NCBI GenBank assembly: GCA_943788295.1
Contig: CALSPS010000004.1
Span: forward strand, 224,540 to 288,539
Reading direction: 5' to 3'
DNA from: Candidatus Poseidoniaceae archaeon
GTDB lineage: Archaea > Thermoplasmatota > Poseidoniia > Poseidoniales > Poseidoniaceae
DNA length: 64,000 nt
The first letter of the stretch is position 1; every line of letters begins with the position of its first letter. The translations under genes were made by a program, and so were the position numbers. Below, in pieces: positions 1 through 9,226 of this stretch. The notes below the pieces were generated by a model. The model saw only the letters and a list, made by a program, of their open reading frames with translations, was not told the DNA's origin and did no database searches.

Positions 1-375
1 CCTCATCGTTGGCAACGCCATCCCCATCGTTGTCAATCAGCGCATCGCAAGCGTCCGGAGTTGTGTCGTTGTCCTCATCCAATCCGTCATCATGTCCCTC
101 GCATTGGTCCTCATCGTTTGCAACGCCATCCCCATCGTTGTCAATCAGCTCATCACAGCCATCAGGCGTGCCATCTTGGTCGAGGTCAAGGGCGTCGTCA
201 TGACCGAGACAAGCATCGATTGAATCCTCAACGCCGTCCTCATCCGCATCAACAAACGGATCGCATCCATCGATGATTCCGTCATTGTCTTCATCGACGC
301 CGTCATCAAATCCGGCGCATTGGTCATTTGGATCGAGCACACCGTCCTGGTCGCTGTCGTCGATGCAACCGTCGC
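1..375 (-). repeat. Coding tandem Asp-rich Ca-binding (TSP3-like) repeats
   Basis: Translates to DQDGVLDPNDQC, DNDGIIDGCD, DQDGTPDGCD and DNDGDGVANDEDQC. The DNA 'gcaacgccatccccatcgttgtcaatcagc' occurs at ~12 and ~120. Confidence 0.8.
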
Positions 376-1906
376 CGTCCCTGTCCCAAGGAAGTGCATT
401 CGTTTCCGGGCAAAGGTCAGTCCAAGCCTCGATGTAGGTGCTTGGGGTCAAGTCACGCCCTGCAAAAGCCGGATGGTCTGTTGCGTGTTTACGGGCACGG
501 AACACGGGGTTCGCTTTCGAGTTGGCTTGGTTGCCATCAGGAAGCAGATCACCTTGTGCGATGGTTCCCTGATTTGAAACAGGGTTGATGTAGGTCCAAA
601 CGATTTCACCCTCGAGGGTCACTTCATACAGTGTACCGTGGGTTCCGTGCGCGATCAGAGTGTTCCCGTTGGGTAAGCGCTCAGCACCTGAGACGAATCC
701 AGAATACATGTCAGCGCCCTGGTTCCACGACCATGAAGTTGAATTTGGAAGGAATCTGTTGTCCGCGTCGAGTTGATACTCTCCGTCAAGAAAGACTGGT
801 GTAATGACGTCCACAGAGGAGTAGGTGCCAGCTCGATTGACACCGTTATTGTACACGATGAGGCTGCCCTCACCGGGGCGACCTTCCTCGATCCACTGCA
901 CATCGTGCTGTCCAAACAGGCGTTTGTCTTGGCTGAATCCAGCGTCATAGGCTTCAGGATTGCCCCACCGGTAAAGGAAGTCTCCGCCCTTGCCATAGGT
1001 GCCTCCAGTGTGGCCTGCTGCCTCCTCGGATGTTGTGCTGTGGTCGATAATATAGATTTCATTCATGTTCTTGCATGAGATGGCAATTTGGTCCAATTGA
1101 GGGTTGTAGTCAATGCCATTGCAGTGCATCCAATCGGCCTTGCCTGCCTGGGCTCCAGCAGCGTCGACAAAGTTGATGTCGAGCAATTCTGGGTGTTCGG
1201 CGACGATGCCATAGTTGTCTTTGGACGGATCGTAGTCTTGCACCAAGTGGTCCCATGCATGCCAACTCCATACCACATCACCTCCGGTGGTTCCGTTGGG
1301 TTGAATCTCGACAATTTTGTCTGGCCAAACGCCATTGCTTCCACCCGGCGCATCTGAAGCAATGGCTGGATTTCGACCTGCTTGTTGACCTTCTTCTTCG
1401 GTTTTTGACTCCCACGCTATCATCAGTATGTTGCCGTTCGGCATCGGTTCGATGTCGTGGTGTGAAATGTACTCGGTGGAGGAATGTTCGTAGGACCACA
1501 GTAAATCGCCTTCCCACGAAATCCGTTCGACTTTGCCAGCTGTTCCACCACCGCTGAAGTTCCCAATTGCAGTCTGGGCAATGTTGGCGGTTCGAAGCAA
1601 CGATCCATCCTCGAGCAGGTAAGCCGACATGCCGGGGCGATGACCGCCGGGTGAGGTCCAGTTGTGCACTTGGCGTCCTTCATTGTCAATCAGATAAGAG
1701 GTGGAACTTGGCATGGGTGAAAACAGAGTGTAGCCTTCACTGACGTCGTTTGTGCATTGAATCAGTCCAACGGTCCAATTGGCCTGTCTGTCGGCATTGC
1801 ACACAGGTGCTTCATCACCGTTTGAGCCGTCGACTTCACCCTGCACTTGACTCAAGGATGCAAGCATCATAACGGCCAACAGAACGGCTTTGAACGCGTT
1901 GGCCAT
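1..1906 (-). CDS. Secreted arylsulfate sulfotransferase (ASST)-like protein with C-terminal thrombospondin type-3 repeats; 3' end lies beyond the window
   Basis: Not in the ORF track because it has no stop in the window. Manual translation from ATG 1906: MANAFKAVLLAVMMLASL (signal peptide)...GYTLFSP...AYLLEDGSLLR...SHHDIEPMPNGNILMIAWE...DWMHCNGIDYNP...LYRWGNPEAY...LFGQHDVQWI...YNNG, which are ASST motifs; then Asp-rich repeats. Confidence 0.85.
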   Translation of the reverse strand, partial: MANAFKAVLLAVMMLASLSQVQGEVDGSNGDEAPVCNADRQANWTVGLIQCTNDVSEGYTLFSPMPSSTSYLIDNEGRQVHNWTSPGGHRPGMSAYLLEDGSLLRTANIAQTAIGNFSGGGTAGKVERISWEGDLLWSYEHSSTEYISHHDIEPMPNGNILMIAWESKTEEEGQQAGRNPAIASDAPGGSNGVWPDKIVEIQPNGTTGGDVVWSWHAWDHLVQDYDPSKDNYGIVAEHPELLDINFVDAAGAQAGKADWMHCNGIDYNPQLDQIAISCKNMNEIYIIDHSTTSEEAAGHTGGTYGKGGDFLYRWGNPEAYDAGFSQDKRLFGQHDVQWIEEGRPGEGSLIVYNNGVNRAGTYSSVDVITPVFLDGEYQLDADNRFLPNSTSWSWNQGADMYSGFVSGAERLPNGNTLIAHGTHGTLYEVTLEGEIVWTYINPVSNQGTIAQGDLLPDGNQANSKANPVFRARKHATDHPAFAGRDLTPSTYIEAWTDLCPETNALPWDRDGDGCIDDSDQDGVLDPNDQCAGFDDGVDEDNDGIIDGCDPFVDADEDGVEDSIDACLGHDDALDLDQDGTPDGCDELIDNDGDGVANDEDQCEGHDDGLDEDNDTTPDACDALIDNDGDGVANDE

Positions 1907-1952
1907 GCGGGAGTGTCACAGTCAGTGTCATATCAATGCCACGATGAAGGCA

Positions 1953-2399
1953 TCATTGCCCTTGCTCACTGGCCATGGCGATTGCTGCTTCAATGGTTGA
2001 ACGCGCTTCACTCAATCCCTCTTGACCGGGGAACACCTGGACCTTGGTGTGTCCTTTCACGCTTTCTTCACCGGCCTGAGCCAACACAACCTCGCCGTTC
2101 ATGAGGGCGTTGAACTGCACTCGGAAATGCAAGGTGTTGGATTCATCAAGCCTCTGCTCAGCCTCCTCAAGCAGCGTTTGCAACGCATCTGTGCCCAAGC
2201 GAGCAAGGCATCGAAGAGCAGGACGTTTGCGCGAGGTCTTGGCCTCAATCATGTGAATCTCGGAGCCATGGTACGATGTGGTGCGCTCGATTTCAACCGC
2301 TTCATGGTCTCCAATGAGCCATGCGAGGGCGTCTGCAACGACCGTTTCATCAGCCAAGCCACTTGCCGTAGCCCGCCAAGTGAAGTGGTGTAGGCCCAT
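1953..2399 (-). CDS. Archaeal RNA-binding protein (COG1325/PF01877-like)
   Basis: WRATASGLADETVVADAL, TSYHGSEI, EQRLDESNTLHFR and KVQVFPG match the family pattern. Confidence 0.75.
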   Translation of the reverse strand: MGLHHFTWRATASGLADETVVADALAWLIGDHEAVEIERTTSYHGSEIHMIEAKTSRKRPALRCLARLGTDALQTLLEEAEQRLDESNTLHFRVQFNALMNGEVVLAQAGEESVKGHTKVQVFPGQEGLSEARSTIEAAIAMASEQGQ

Positions 2400-2452
2400 G
2401 GTTAAGGGTCGGTTGAGGGGTATTTGATGATTGATGCGTGCACCATGCGATT

Positions 2453-4603
2453 TCATCCTTGTTCGACATGCGCTAATTCCCTTCGCGTTTGTGCAGGATC
2501 GATGAACAGGGCTCCGAAAATCACGAATGTTTCAAGCACAGCCGCAATCAGGAAGAGGGTCGGGTAATCAAAGCGCGAAGAAATTGGATCGGTCAATTGG
2601 TAGCCTATAATGGAGGAGACGTTCATCATGGCCATGTATGCAGTGAACTGCGTGCCGCCCACTTCGCTCCATGTCACTCGCATCACCAAGGAATAGATGT
2701 TGATGGTCACAAGGCCCCATGCGAAGGTACGGATCGACCACATGACCATCATGAAACTTCCACTGCTCCACATGGATTCACTCAAGCCCCACAGTGAAGT
2801 GGTCAAGGCGGTGAACAATGCCCCGTAAATGATGACTGATTTTCCACCAAACCGTCGTCCGAGTTGACCACCTGCAAGATAGCCAAGCATGGTGAAGACG
2901 AGGATGAGGCCGCCCTTGGTGACGTTGAACTCTTCCACCGTCCATCCCAATTCACGAACAAACAGCAGCGGCAGGACAGGTATGAGGAAGAACGAGAGGG
3001 ACATGACCAAACTGAGCACGATGCCCAATTGTGCAGAACGCATTGAAAAGGCAATTTTGACCTTGCCGATGATTTCCCTGAAGTCACCTTGGTCATGTTC
3101 CACCTCGACTTCTGTGGTGCCTTCGCTCCATGGAAACCGCTTTTCACCGGGCCGTTCGGTCATCAACAGCGGAACGAGCATGATCACAACGAGGATTGGA
3201 ATCTGAAGCAAAATGGTTCCCTTGATACCAAGCGTTCCAATGACGAGACCGAGCCCAGCACCACCAATGATGCCACCCACTGATTTGGCTGTGAACATGT
3301 AGCTGTTGACCTTCTCCATTTCGTGAGGTTGCAACACATCGACGGCCAGAGCATCGGTGCTGACGTCTTGAAGCGATGTGAAGATGTTGTACACCAAAAA
3401 CATCCATGCCATTGTGAGGACATTTTCCTCCGGGTTTGGAATCAACATCATCGAAGCAAGCACCACAATCATGCCGCTTTGAGCGAGAAGAATCCATGGA
3501 CGGCGTCGCCCCATGTCCGGGAATTGGAATCGGTCAATGACTGGACCCCAGAGGAACTTCACCGACCATGGCAACGTTCCGAGGGTCAGCATCAACGCCA
3601 ACTCAGAGGCACCAACGCCTTTGTCGGCCAAGAAGGTGAGGAATGCGATGGTGATGAACCCCCACGGAATTCCTTGCGCCACATACAAGGCACACAAGGT
3701 GAGGACGCGGGCGCGATAACTGTCGACGAGGGTTTCACCTTCAGAGGAGGAACCCTTCACGCCATCAATCGATTCTTCTTCTTCCAAAACCATACTCATT
3801 TGGAACCTTTCTCGATTGAGGGAGATGAACCCAACAAACGCAATCATACCCAATAACCAGGGTGAAAACATTAGGGCGGAAATCACACCTGAGCCAACGT
3901 TCAACGAAGCGACCTCTTCGCCGTCACTCCCACCGTTTGGGTTGCTGGCACCGGGGTCTGATGCGTTCAGAACGGGGAAGGTTCCTGCCACCTCTAAGCC
4001 GTCGGTGTTGTCGGAATAATAGATGCGGAATTTCGCTTCGCATTGAGCAAGGACCTTGTTCAAGTCGAAGCACTCGGCCAGTGTGGGTTCGGGTTTGTTG
4101 AACTGAACTTTCAATTCAGGAACGCTTCCCTGTTCCCAGTATGTCATGTTCTCAGTGATCTGAATTTGCCAAGTCAGTTGTTCATTCGAGAAGGTTGGTA
4201 CGATGAATTCCTTGGAAGCCAAAACCTCCATTCCACTGGTGAGTGAAAGCACCAAATCATCGCCATCGCTTGTTTCTGAGGACTGAATCAAGAATCCAAG
4301 GTTGAAGGAAATGACGCCATCCACGTCAAGGTAAAGCGGTGAGGCCAAGGGGTCATCAAGTGGGCAGGAAAATTCGATGTTTTCTGTGCTGTCGTACTCT
4401 CCGAATCCAGTTTGAGTTTCCCCATCAGATGCGAAGTGGTTGAAGCAGTTTCCGCTCTGCAAAGCGGCATCCCCCCACAGGTACATTGTTGGACGTTCTG
4501 TGCTCGGTTGCTTGTCAGGATCTGATTGTGCGGCAACCTGCCCGATGGTCAATGAAAACAACATCAACAGCACAAGGGCGAGTGGAAGACCTCGTCGTGC
4601 CAT
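2453..4603 (-). CDS. AmpG-like MFS permease fused to an N-terminal secreted domain
   Basis: LYVAQGIPWG, PWSVKFLWGPVID, GRRRPWIL, QDVSTDALAVD and GTQFTAYMAMMN are AmpG-family motifs. They are preceded by a signal peptide, a ~210-aa soluble domain and a TM helix. Confidence 0.85.
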   Translation of the reverse strand: MARRGLPLALVLLMLFSLTIGQVAAQSDPDKQPSTERPTMYLWGDAALQSGNCFNHFASDGETQTGFGEYDSTENIEFSCPLDDPLASPLYLDVDGVISFNLGFLIQSSETSDGDDLVLSLTSGMEVLASKEFIVPTFSNEQLTWQIQITENMTYWEQGSVPELKVQFNKPEPTLAECFDLNKVLAQCEAKFRIYYSDNTDGLEVAGTFPVLNASDPGASNPNGGSDGEEVASLNVGSGVISALMFSPWLLGMIAFVGFISLNRERFQMSMVLEEEESIDGVKGSSSEGETLVDSYRARVLTLCALYVAQGIPWGFITIAFLTFLADKGVGASELALMLTLGTLPWSVKFLWGPVIDRFQFPDMGRRRPWILLAQSGMIVVLASMMLIPNPEENVLTMAWMFLVYNIFTSLQDVSTDALAVDVLQPHEMEKVNSYMFTAKSVGGIIGGAGLGLVIGTLGIKGTILLQIPILVVIMLVPLLMTERPGEKRFPWSEGTTEVEVEHDQGDFREIIGKVKIAFSMRSAQLGIVLSLVMSLSFFLIPVLPLLFVRELGWTVEEFNVTKGGLILVFTMLGYLAGGQLGRRFGGKSVIIYGALFTALTTSLWGLSESMWSSGSFMMVMWSIRTFAWGLVTINIYSLVMRVTWSEVGGTQFTAYMAMMNVSSIIGYQLTDPISSRFDYPTLFLIAAVLETFVIFGALFIDPAQTRRELAHVEQG

Positions 4604-4719
4604 TGACCCAACCACCGACCAAGACCATTCAAAGGTGTCGAAGCGGTGATTGACAACCCCGAATACTGTATGGTTGTGACCATCGTTGGCATTTTATACG
4701 CTGGCAAAGAGGCTCAACC

Positions 4720-5475
4720 ATGGGTCACCTGAAGCAACTGCTCGTGCTGGCTCTCTTCTGTTCCGCAACGCTGGCCGGTTGCATTGGACCATCATCCGAT
4801 GAATCCATGATCGACCTTGTTGTGGACCTCGAGACAACTTCGGGTACGGTCGTCGAAACATACCTCGATGGTGAACTTGTGTCCCTCGATGCAGTGGACG
4901 TGAGCTTTGATTTTTCTCAAACCACATCTTCGCTTGACCTCGTGAAGTTTGGTCTTGATGCCATGGATGGCAGCGAACCAATGACCATCGATGCGAGCGA
5001 ATCTTCAACCCTTACGCACTCCTTTGTTGAACACGGCATCCACAATGTCACTCTGTTCGCCATCGATGCTGCAGGAACGCAGAACAATCAAAGCGCATCC
5101 ATTCGAATTGATTTGCGAATTGAGTGGAGTGAGCAAGGCACGAATGAACCAATGGCATTGCCATTTAACCCGACACCGAACAACGGTGGCACTCATCCTG
5201 TTATGATCGAGATCAATTCGACGGTGGAAAACCCAAGCCTCATCCAAGGCATCTCTGGTGGCGGTCAGACCGTTCAATTTTCATGGAACATCGTTGACGA
5301 ACTCGACGACACCTGCCAAAGCAAAAACGGACAAGCGGAGGACGGAAACGCAGACACGTGGAGTACGGTTCACTTCAACACCTACCTTTTGCATGAATTG
5401 AGGGTTGTTCTTGAAGATGGGCAAGATGCGCTCAACATTCAGCAAACTGTTTTGATTGTCTATGCAGATGATTGA
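4720..5475 (+). CDS. Putative lipoprotein with PKD-like domain
   Basis: Lipobox-like LAGC after a hydrophobic N-terminus; PKD-like VSFDFSQT...LTHSFVEHGIHNVTLFAID. Confidence 0.65.
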   Translation: MGHLKQLLVLALFCSATLAGCIGPSSDESMIDLVVDLETTSGTVVETYLDGELVSLDAVDVSFDFSQTTSSLDLVKFGLDAMDGSEPMTIDASESSTLTHSFVEHGIHNVTLFAIDAAGTQNNQSASIRIDLRIEWSEQGTNEPMALPFNPTPNNGGTHPVMIEINSTVENPSLIQGISGGGQTVQFSWNIVDELDDTCQSKNGQAEDGNADTWSTVHFNTYLLHELRVVLEDGQDALNIQQTVLIVYADD

Positions 5476-5622
5476 TGCACTGAATGGTCACTACCTTTGC
5501 TCAACCCTCGTTCTTGAGGTTCAACGCCCTCGTTGATGGAGGGGGTTCTTGAAATAGGGGAGGTTTGTCGCAGGCTTGCAAGTGGGGTAGCCCCCGCAAT
5601 ACACACACCCAGAGTTGATCCC

Positions 5623-6597
5623 ATGGCAAAGAAAGTAAGTGCAAAGGCACGTGCAGCAGCACGTAAGCAACGAGACAAGTGGAAGATGAAGCGCTGGTAC
5701 ACGATTCGTGCACCACGCAATCCATGGGAATTTAAGAAAATTGGAGAGACAATTGGGGAGTCCGATGAGCACATCATGGGACGAGTGTACGAAATGACGC
5801 AGCAAGAATTCAACGGTGACTTCACCAAGATGCACGTGATCCTTAGGTTCCGTGTCAGCGAGTGTGTTGGCCAAGACGCCTTGACCACATTCATTGGCCA
5901 CCACCACCAAACCGACCACATTCGCCGACAAATCCGCCGATACCGTGGAAAGGTCGACGATGTTGTCGATGTCGTTTCAACCGACGGATACCTCGTTCGA
6001 TTGAAGCCTTTGATCATCACGCAGAAGCGTGTTCAAACCTCAATCAAGCAAGCAATGCGAGCCAAGGCCCGAGAACTGATCATCGCCTTTGCTTCCAAGG
6101 CAACCTACGCTAAGATTCAAACTCAAATTTTGGACGGAACCCTCGAAGAAGAAATCCGCAAGGCTGTCAAGCCAATCTACCCCGTCAAGAGCGTCGCCAT
6201 CCGTAAGAGCCAACTCTTGCAAGAAGGTGTCGTCAACGAGAAGGGCAAGACCCTCGACGAAATCCACGCAGAAGAAGCTCGAAGCGATGCTGAACTCAAG
6301 GCCAAGAAGGCAGCAGCACTTGCATCGGCTATGGAAGACGAGGAAGAAGAAGGCGACGACGCCCCTTCCATCCTTGACGCCGCTGAAGCAATGGAGCCAG
6401 CGTCTGAGAAGACCGAGGCACCTGCTGAAGAAGCACCAGCCGAAGAAGCCGCTCCTGAACCAGCACCTGCTGAAGAAGCAGCAGCAGACGTCGACCACAG
6501 CAAGATGACCGTTGCTGAGTTGAAGGAATTGCTCAAGGCCGCTGGAAAGCCTGTCTCTGGAAAGAAGGCAGACTTGATCGCACGCCTCAACGAGTGA
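5623..6597 (+). CDS. rps3ae: 30S ribosomal protein S3ae (eS1) with acidic linker and C-terminal SAP domain
   Basis: DKWKMKRWYTIRAP, IMGRVYE and KPIYPVKSVAIRKS; tail MTVAELKELLKAAGKPVSGKKADLIARL. Confidence 0.93.
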   Translation: MAKKVSAKARAAARKQRDKWKMKRWYTIRAPRNPWEFKKIGETIGESDEHIMGRVYEMTQQEFNGDFTKMHVILRFRVSECVGQDALTTFIGHHHQTDHIRRQIRRYRGKVDDVVDVVSTDGYLVRLKPLIITQKRVQTSIKQAMRAKARELIIAFASKATYAKIQTQILDGTLEEEIRKAVKPIYPVKSVAIRKSQLLQEGVVNEKGKTLDEIHAEEARSDAELKAKKAAALASAMEDEEEEGDDAPSILDAAEAMEPASEKTEAPAEEAPAEEAAPEPAPAEEAAADVDHSKMTVAELKELLKAAGKPVSGKKADLIARLNE

Positions 6598-6602
6598 AGC
6601 CC

Positions 6603-6666
6603 ACGAACTTCGGTTCGTTTGTATGACCAGCGAAAGCAAGGTCCCCGTGGCTGAGAGGCCACAGGG
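6603..6666 (+). other. Three consecutive tetraloop hairpins immediately after rps3ae (terminator, stabiliser or structured RNA)
   Basis: ACGAAC-TTCG-GTTCGT followed by TT; GACC-A-GC-GAAA-GC-AA-GGTC; CCC-GTGGCT-GAGA-GGCCAC-A-GGG. Confidence 0.6.
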
Positions 6667-6691
6667 TTGATATCAACTAAGACGAGGTGGA

Positions 6692-7486
6692 ATGAACATG
6701 CAACGGCTCGGTGTGATTGGTGGTACTGGACTCATTGACATGACCTTGGGCGAACAACTGTCTGCTCACGGACTCACACTGGTGCAGCGCGATGCGGTCA
6801 CCGTCGAGACGCCATACGGTGAAGTGCCATTGACGTGCATTGAATTGTCAAAAGGCGATGAGAAGAAGCAACTGATCTTTCTTCAACGCCATCACAACAA
6901 CGGTGCTCCAAGTCGCCCACCGCACATGATTGAACACCGTGCGAACATTCGTGCCTTGCTCGACGCAGGTTGCGAAGCAGTGATGGCGGTCTGCTCTGTT
7001 GGTGCAATCCCTGAAGATTTCCCACCGGGTAAAGTTGCCTTAGCAGGCCAATACATCGATTTCACTGGCCATCAGAGCACGTTCCACGACGATGCAGCGG
7101 TGTTCACATCGGTCACCGACCCTTTTGATTCGACCCTTAACGAAGCGCTTGAAACGGTGCTGCGCTCCTCTCAAGGCTTCGATGCACAGGAACGAATGCG
7201 CTACACTTACTGGCTTGCTCAAGGCCCTCACTTTGAAACGAAGGCAGAAATTGACGCCATCGATACGCTTGGTGGCCACATGGTTGGCATGACCATGCCA
7301 AGGGAAGTCAAACTGGCACGAGAGGTGAACCTCCCATACGCTGCCGTGTGTATTTCTTCGAATTGGGCTGCTGGGCGTGAGCCTGGGAATGCGAGTCAAG
7401 ACCTTGATCATCACAGCGTGTCTTCCCAAGCCAACCAAAGGCTGGCGCCTGTCTGGGCCTGCATGCTTCACTTGCTCACAGAATGA
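6692..7486 (+). CDS. mtnP: MTA/purine nucleoside phosphorylase (MTAP family)
   Basis: GVIGGTG, ETPYG, FLQRH, PPH..HRANI, GPHFETKAE, VGMT and SNWAAG; SD GAGGTG upstream. Confidence 0.88.
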   Translation: MNMQRLGVIGGTGLIDMTLGEQLSAHGLTLVQRDAVTVETPYGEVPLTCIELSKGDEKKQLIFLQRHHNNGAPSRPPHMIEHRANIRALLDAGCEAVMAVCSVGAIPEDFPPGKVALAGQYIDFTGHQSTFHDDAAVFTSVTDPFDSTLNEALETVLRSSQGFDAQERMRYTYWLAQGPHFETKAEIDAIDTLGGHMVGMTMPREVKLAREVNLPYAAVCISSNWAAGREPGNASQDLDHHSVSSQANQRLAPVWACMLHLLTE

Positions 7487-7526
7487 ACATCGAAGGCATT
7501 ATCCTCCTTCGATGAAACGCCATGCT

Positions 7527-7898
7527 ATGCAAGGAAAGAGCGTTGATGAGTGGATGGCCCATGAACCCGAACATGAATGGGATGTCATGATGAAGAAGGT
7601 CGCTGCCTTTCATCACAAGCATGATTTTGAAGCCAATAACGGTCACGATATGGGCTATAGAATCGCTCTCACCGTGGAAGAACTTGGTGAATTCGCAGCA
7701 GCGGTTACCAAAGGAAAACCCCTTGCAGATTGTGCGGAAGAAATGGCCGATGTCCTGCTCTTGATGATGGGCCATGCCGTAGCCATGGAGGTCGATTTGA
7801 AGGCAGCGTTTGAGGCGAAGTACGCTAAAATCATGCAGCGTCCATCACGCCAGGGTCGCTTGGGTCTGCGCGTGACCGAATACTCACCCGATGAATGA
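7527..7898 (+). CDS. MazG-like nucleotide pyrophosphohydrolase
   Basis: LTVEELGEFAAAV...EEMADVL EExxE/ExxD motif. Start could be 7512. Confidence 0.82.
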   Translation: MQGKSVDEWMAHEPEHEWDVMMKKVAAFHHKHDFEANNGHDMGYRIALTVEELGEFAAAVTKGKPLADCAEEMADVLLLMMGHAVAMEVDLKAAFEAKYAKIMQRPSRQGRLGLRVTEYSPDE

Positions 7899-8366
7899 TC
7901 AGCGAATCCAGTGTTGGAACGTCATGGGATGTTCGTCCCTCGGTCCAGCAGGAACATGACGCTCCCCAATGAGGTGGAAGCCTTCGCCTTCCATGGAAGG
8001 GGCATAGGTGTCTGCGTCTTCGACGGTGGTGTGGATGATGGTTTTGTGAACCTCCTTGGTGTGTTCCATGAACAGGGCGTAAATTTCGCCACCACCGATG
8101 ATCATCAATTCCTCATCTTCACCCAAGGCGATGATTGAATCGTAATCCAGCACTTCAACATCCTCTCGAGCGGTGCGTGACATCACAATGTTTCGTCGAC
8201 CCGGCAAAGCCTTAGGCAGGCTGTCCCATGTTTTTCTCCCCATGACGATTGTTTTCGACATGGTGACTTGCTTGAAATGTTGCAAATCACTTGATTGCCT
8301 CCAAGGCAGGTCGCCATCTTTACCGATTGCGCCCTCCATGTCGCATGCAAAAATCATTGTGAACAT
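7899..8366 (-). CDS. folA: Dihydrofolate reductase
   Basis: IGKDGDLPW, DLQHFK, MGRKTWDSL, LPGRRNIV and IIGGGEIY. Confidence 0.95.
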   Translation of the reverse strand: MFTMIFACDMEGAIGKDGDLPWRQSSDLQHFKQVTMSKTIVMGRKTWDSLPKALPGRRNIVMSRTAREDVEVLDYDSIIALGEDEELMIIGGGEIYALFMEHTKEVHKTIIHTTVEDADTYAPSMEGEGFHLIGERHVPAGPRDEHPMTFQHWIR

Positions 8367-8375
8367 CTCAACACC

Positions 8376-9170
8376 TCACACTGCAATTGGAGCGGAAATA
8401 TGTGGATGGTGTTCGTAACCGATGACCTCGATGTCTTCGTAGGTGAATCCGTCGATGTCCATCACATCTGGATTGAGCTTGAGCCGTGGTAGGGCCATTG
8501 GTTCTCGGGTGATTTGGAGGTTGGCTTGTTCAAGGTGATTGCTGTAGAGGTGTGCATCGCCAATGGTGTGGACGAACGCCCCTGGTTTGAGTCCACAGAC
8601 CTGTGCCATCATTTCGGTGAGCAACGCATAGGATGCGATGTTAAACGGGACGCCAAGGAACACATCCGCGCTTCTCTGGTACAGTTGACAGTTGAGTTTT
8701 CCATTGGCGACATGGAATTGGAAAAAGGCGTGACATGGCATCAAAGCCATCTCGTCCAGTTCACCAACGTTCCATGCAGAGACAATGATTCTGCGGCTGT
8801 TTGGATTGTTCTTGATCATGTCAATGGCTTGTTCAACTTGGTCAATGATGCGACCGTCTTTCGCTTCCCAGCGCCGCCACTGCTTGCCATAGACGGGTCC
8901 AAGGTCGCCGTTTTCATCGGCCCATTCGTTCCAAATACGAACGCCATTTTCTTGCAGGTAAGCGACGTTTGTGTCACCTTTCAGAAACCACAGCAGTTCA
9001 TGGACAATCGAGCGCAGGTGCAACTTCTTGGTGGTGACCATGGGGAAGCCCTTCGAGAGGTCAAATCGCATTTGGTGGCCGAACACAGAAAGGGTTCCAG
9101 TGCCCGTGCGGTCACCTTTCTCTTCACCCTCATTGAGGATTCTTTGAATCAGTTCATGGTACTCTTGCAT
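8376..9170 (-). CDS. thyA: Thymidylate synthase (bacterial-type ThyA)
   Basis: [35 protein letters not shown] and [14 protein letters not shown]. Confidence 0.97.
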   Translation of the reverse strand: MQEYHELIQRILNEGEEKGDRTGTGTLSVFGHQMRFDLSKGFPMVTTKKLHLRSIVHELLWFLKGDTNVAYLQENGVRIWNEWADENGDLGPVYGKQWRRWEAKDGRIIDQVEQAIDMIKNNPNSRRIIVSAWNVGELDEMALMPCHAFFQFHVANGKLNCQLYQRSADVFLGVPFNIASYALLTEMMAQVCGLKPGAFVHTIGDAHLYSNHLEQANLQITREPMALPRLKLNPDVMDIDGFTYEDIEVIGYEHHPHISAPIAV

Positions 9171-9226
9171 GGACTCACCACACCTTCGTTGGACCGGAGG
9201 CACTTGAGGGTTCTTGATGGACTGCT

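Noticed and set aside
1-1700. Many short ORFs in the track (9..203, 655..1062, 773..1078 and others)
   Set aside because: They are shadows of the long minus-strand ASST frame, which has no stop in the window.
6621-6680. Resemblance to hammerhead or pistol ribozyme (CTGAGAG, GAAA, GTC; CGTGG..CCAC)
   Set aside because: No CUGAnGA core in the right order and no pistol pseudoknot partner. Kept only as a structured element.
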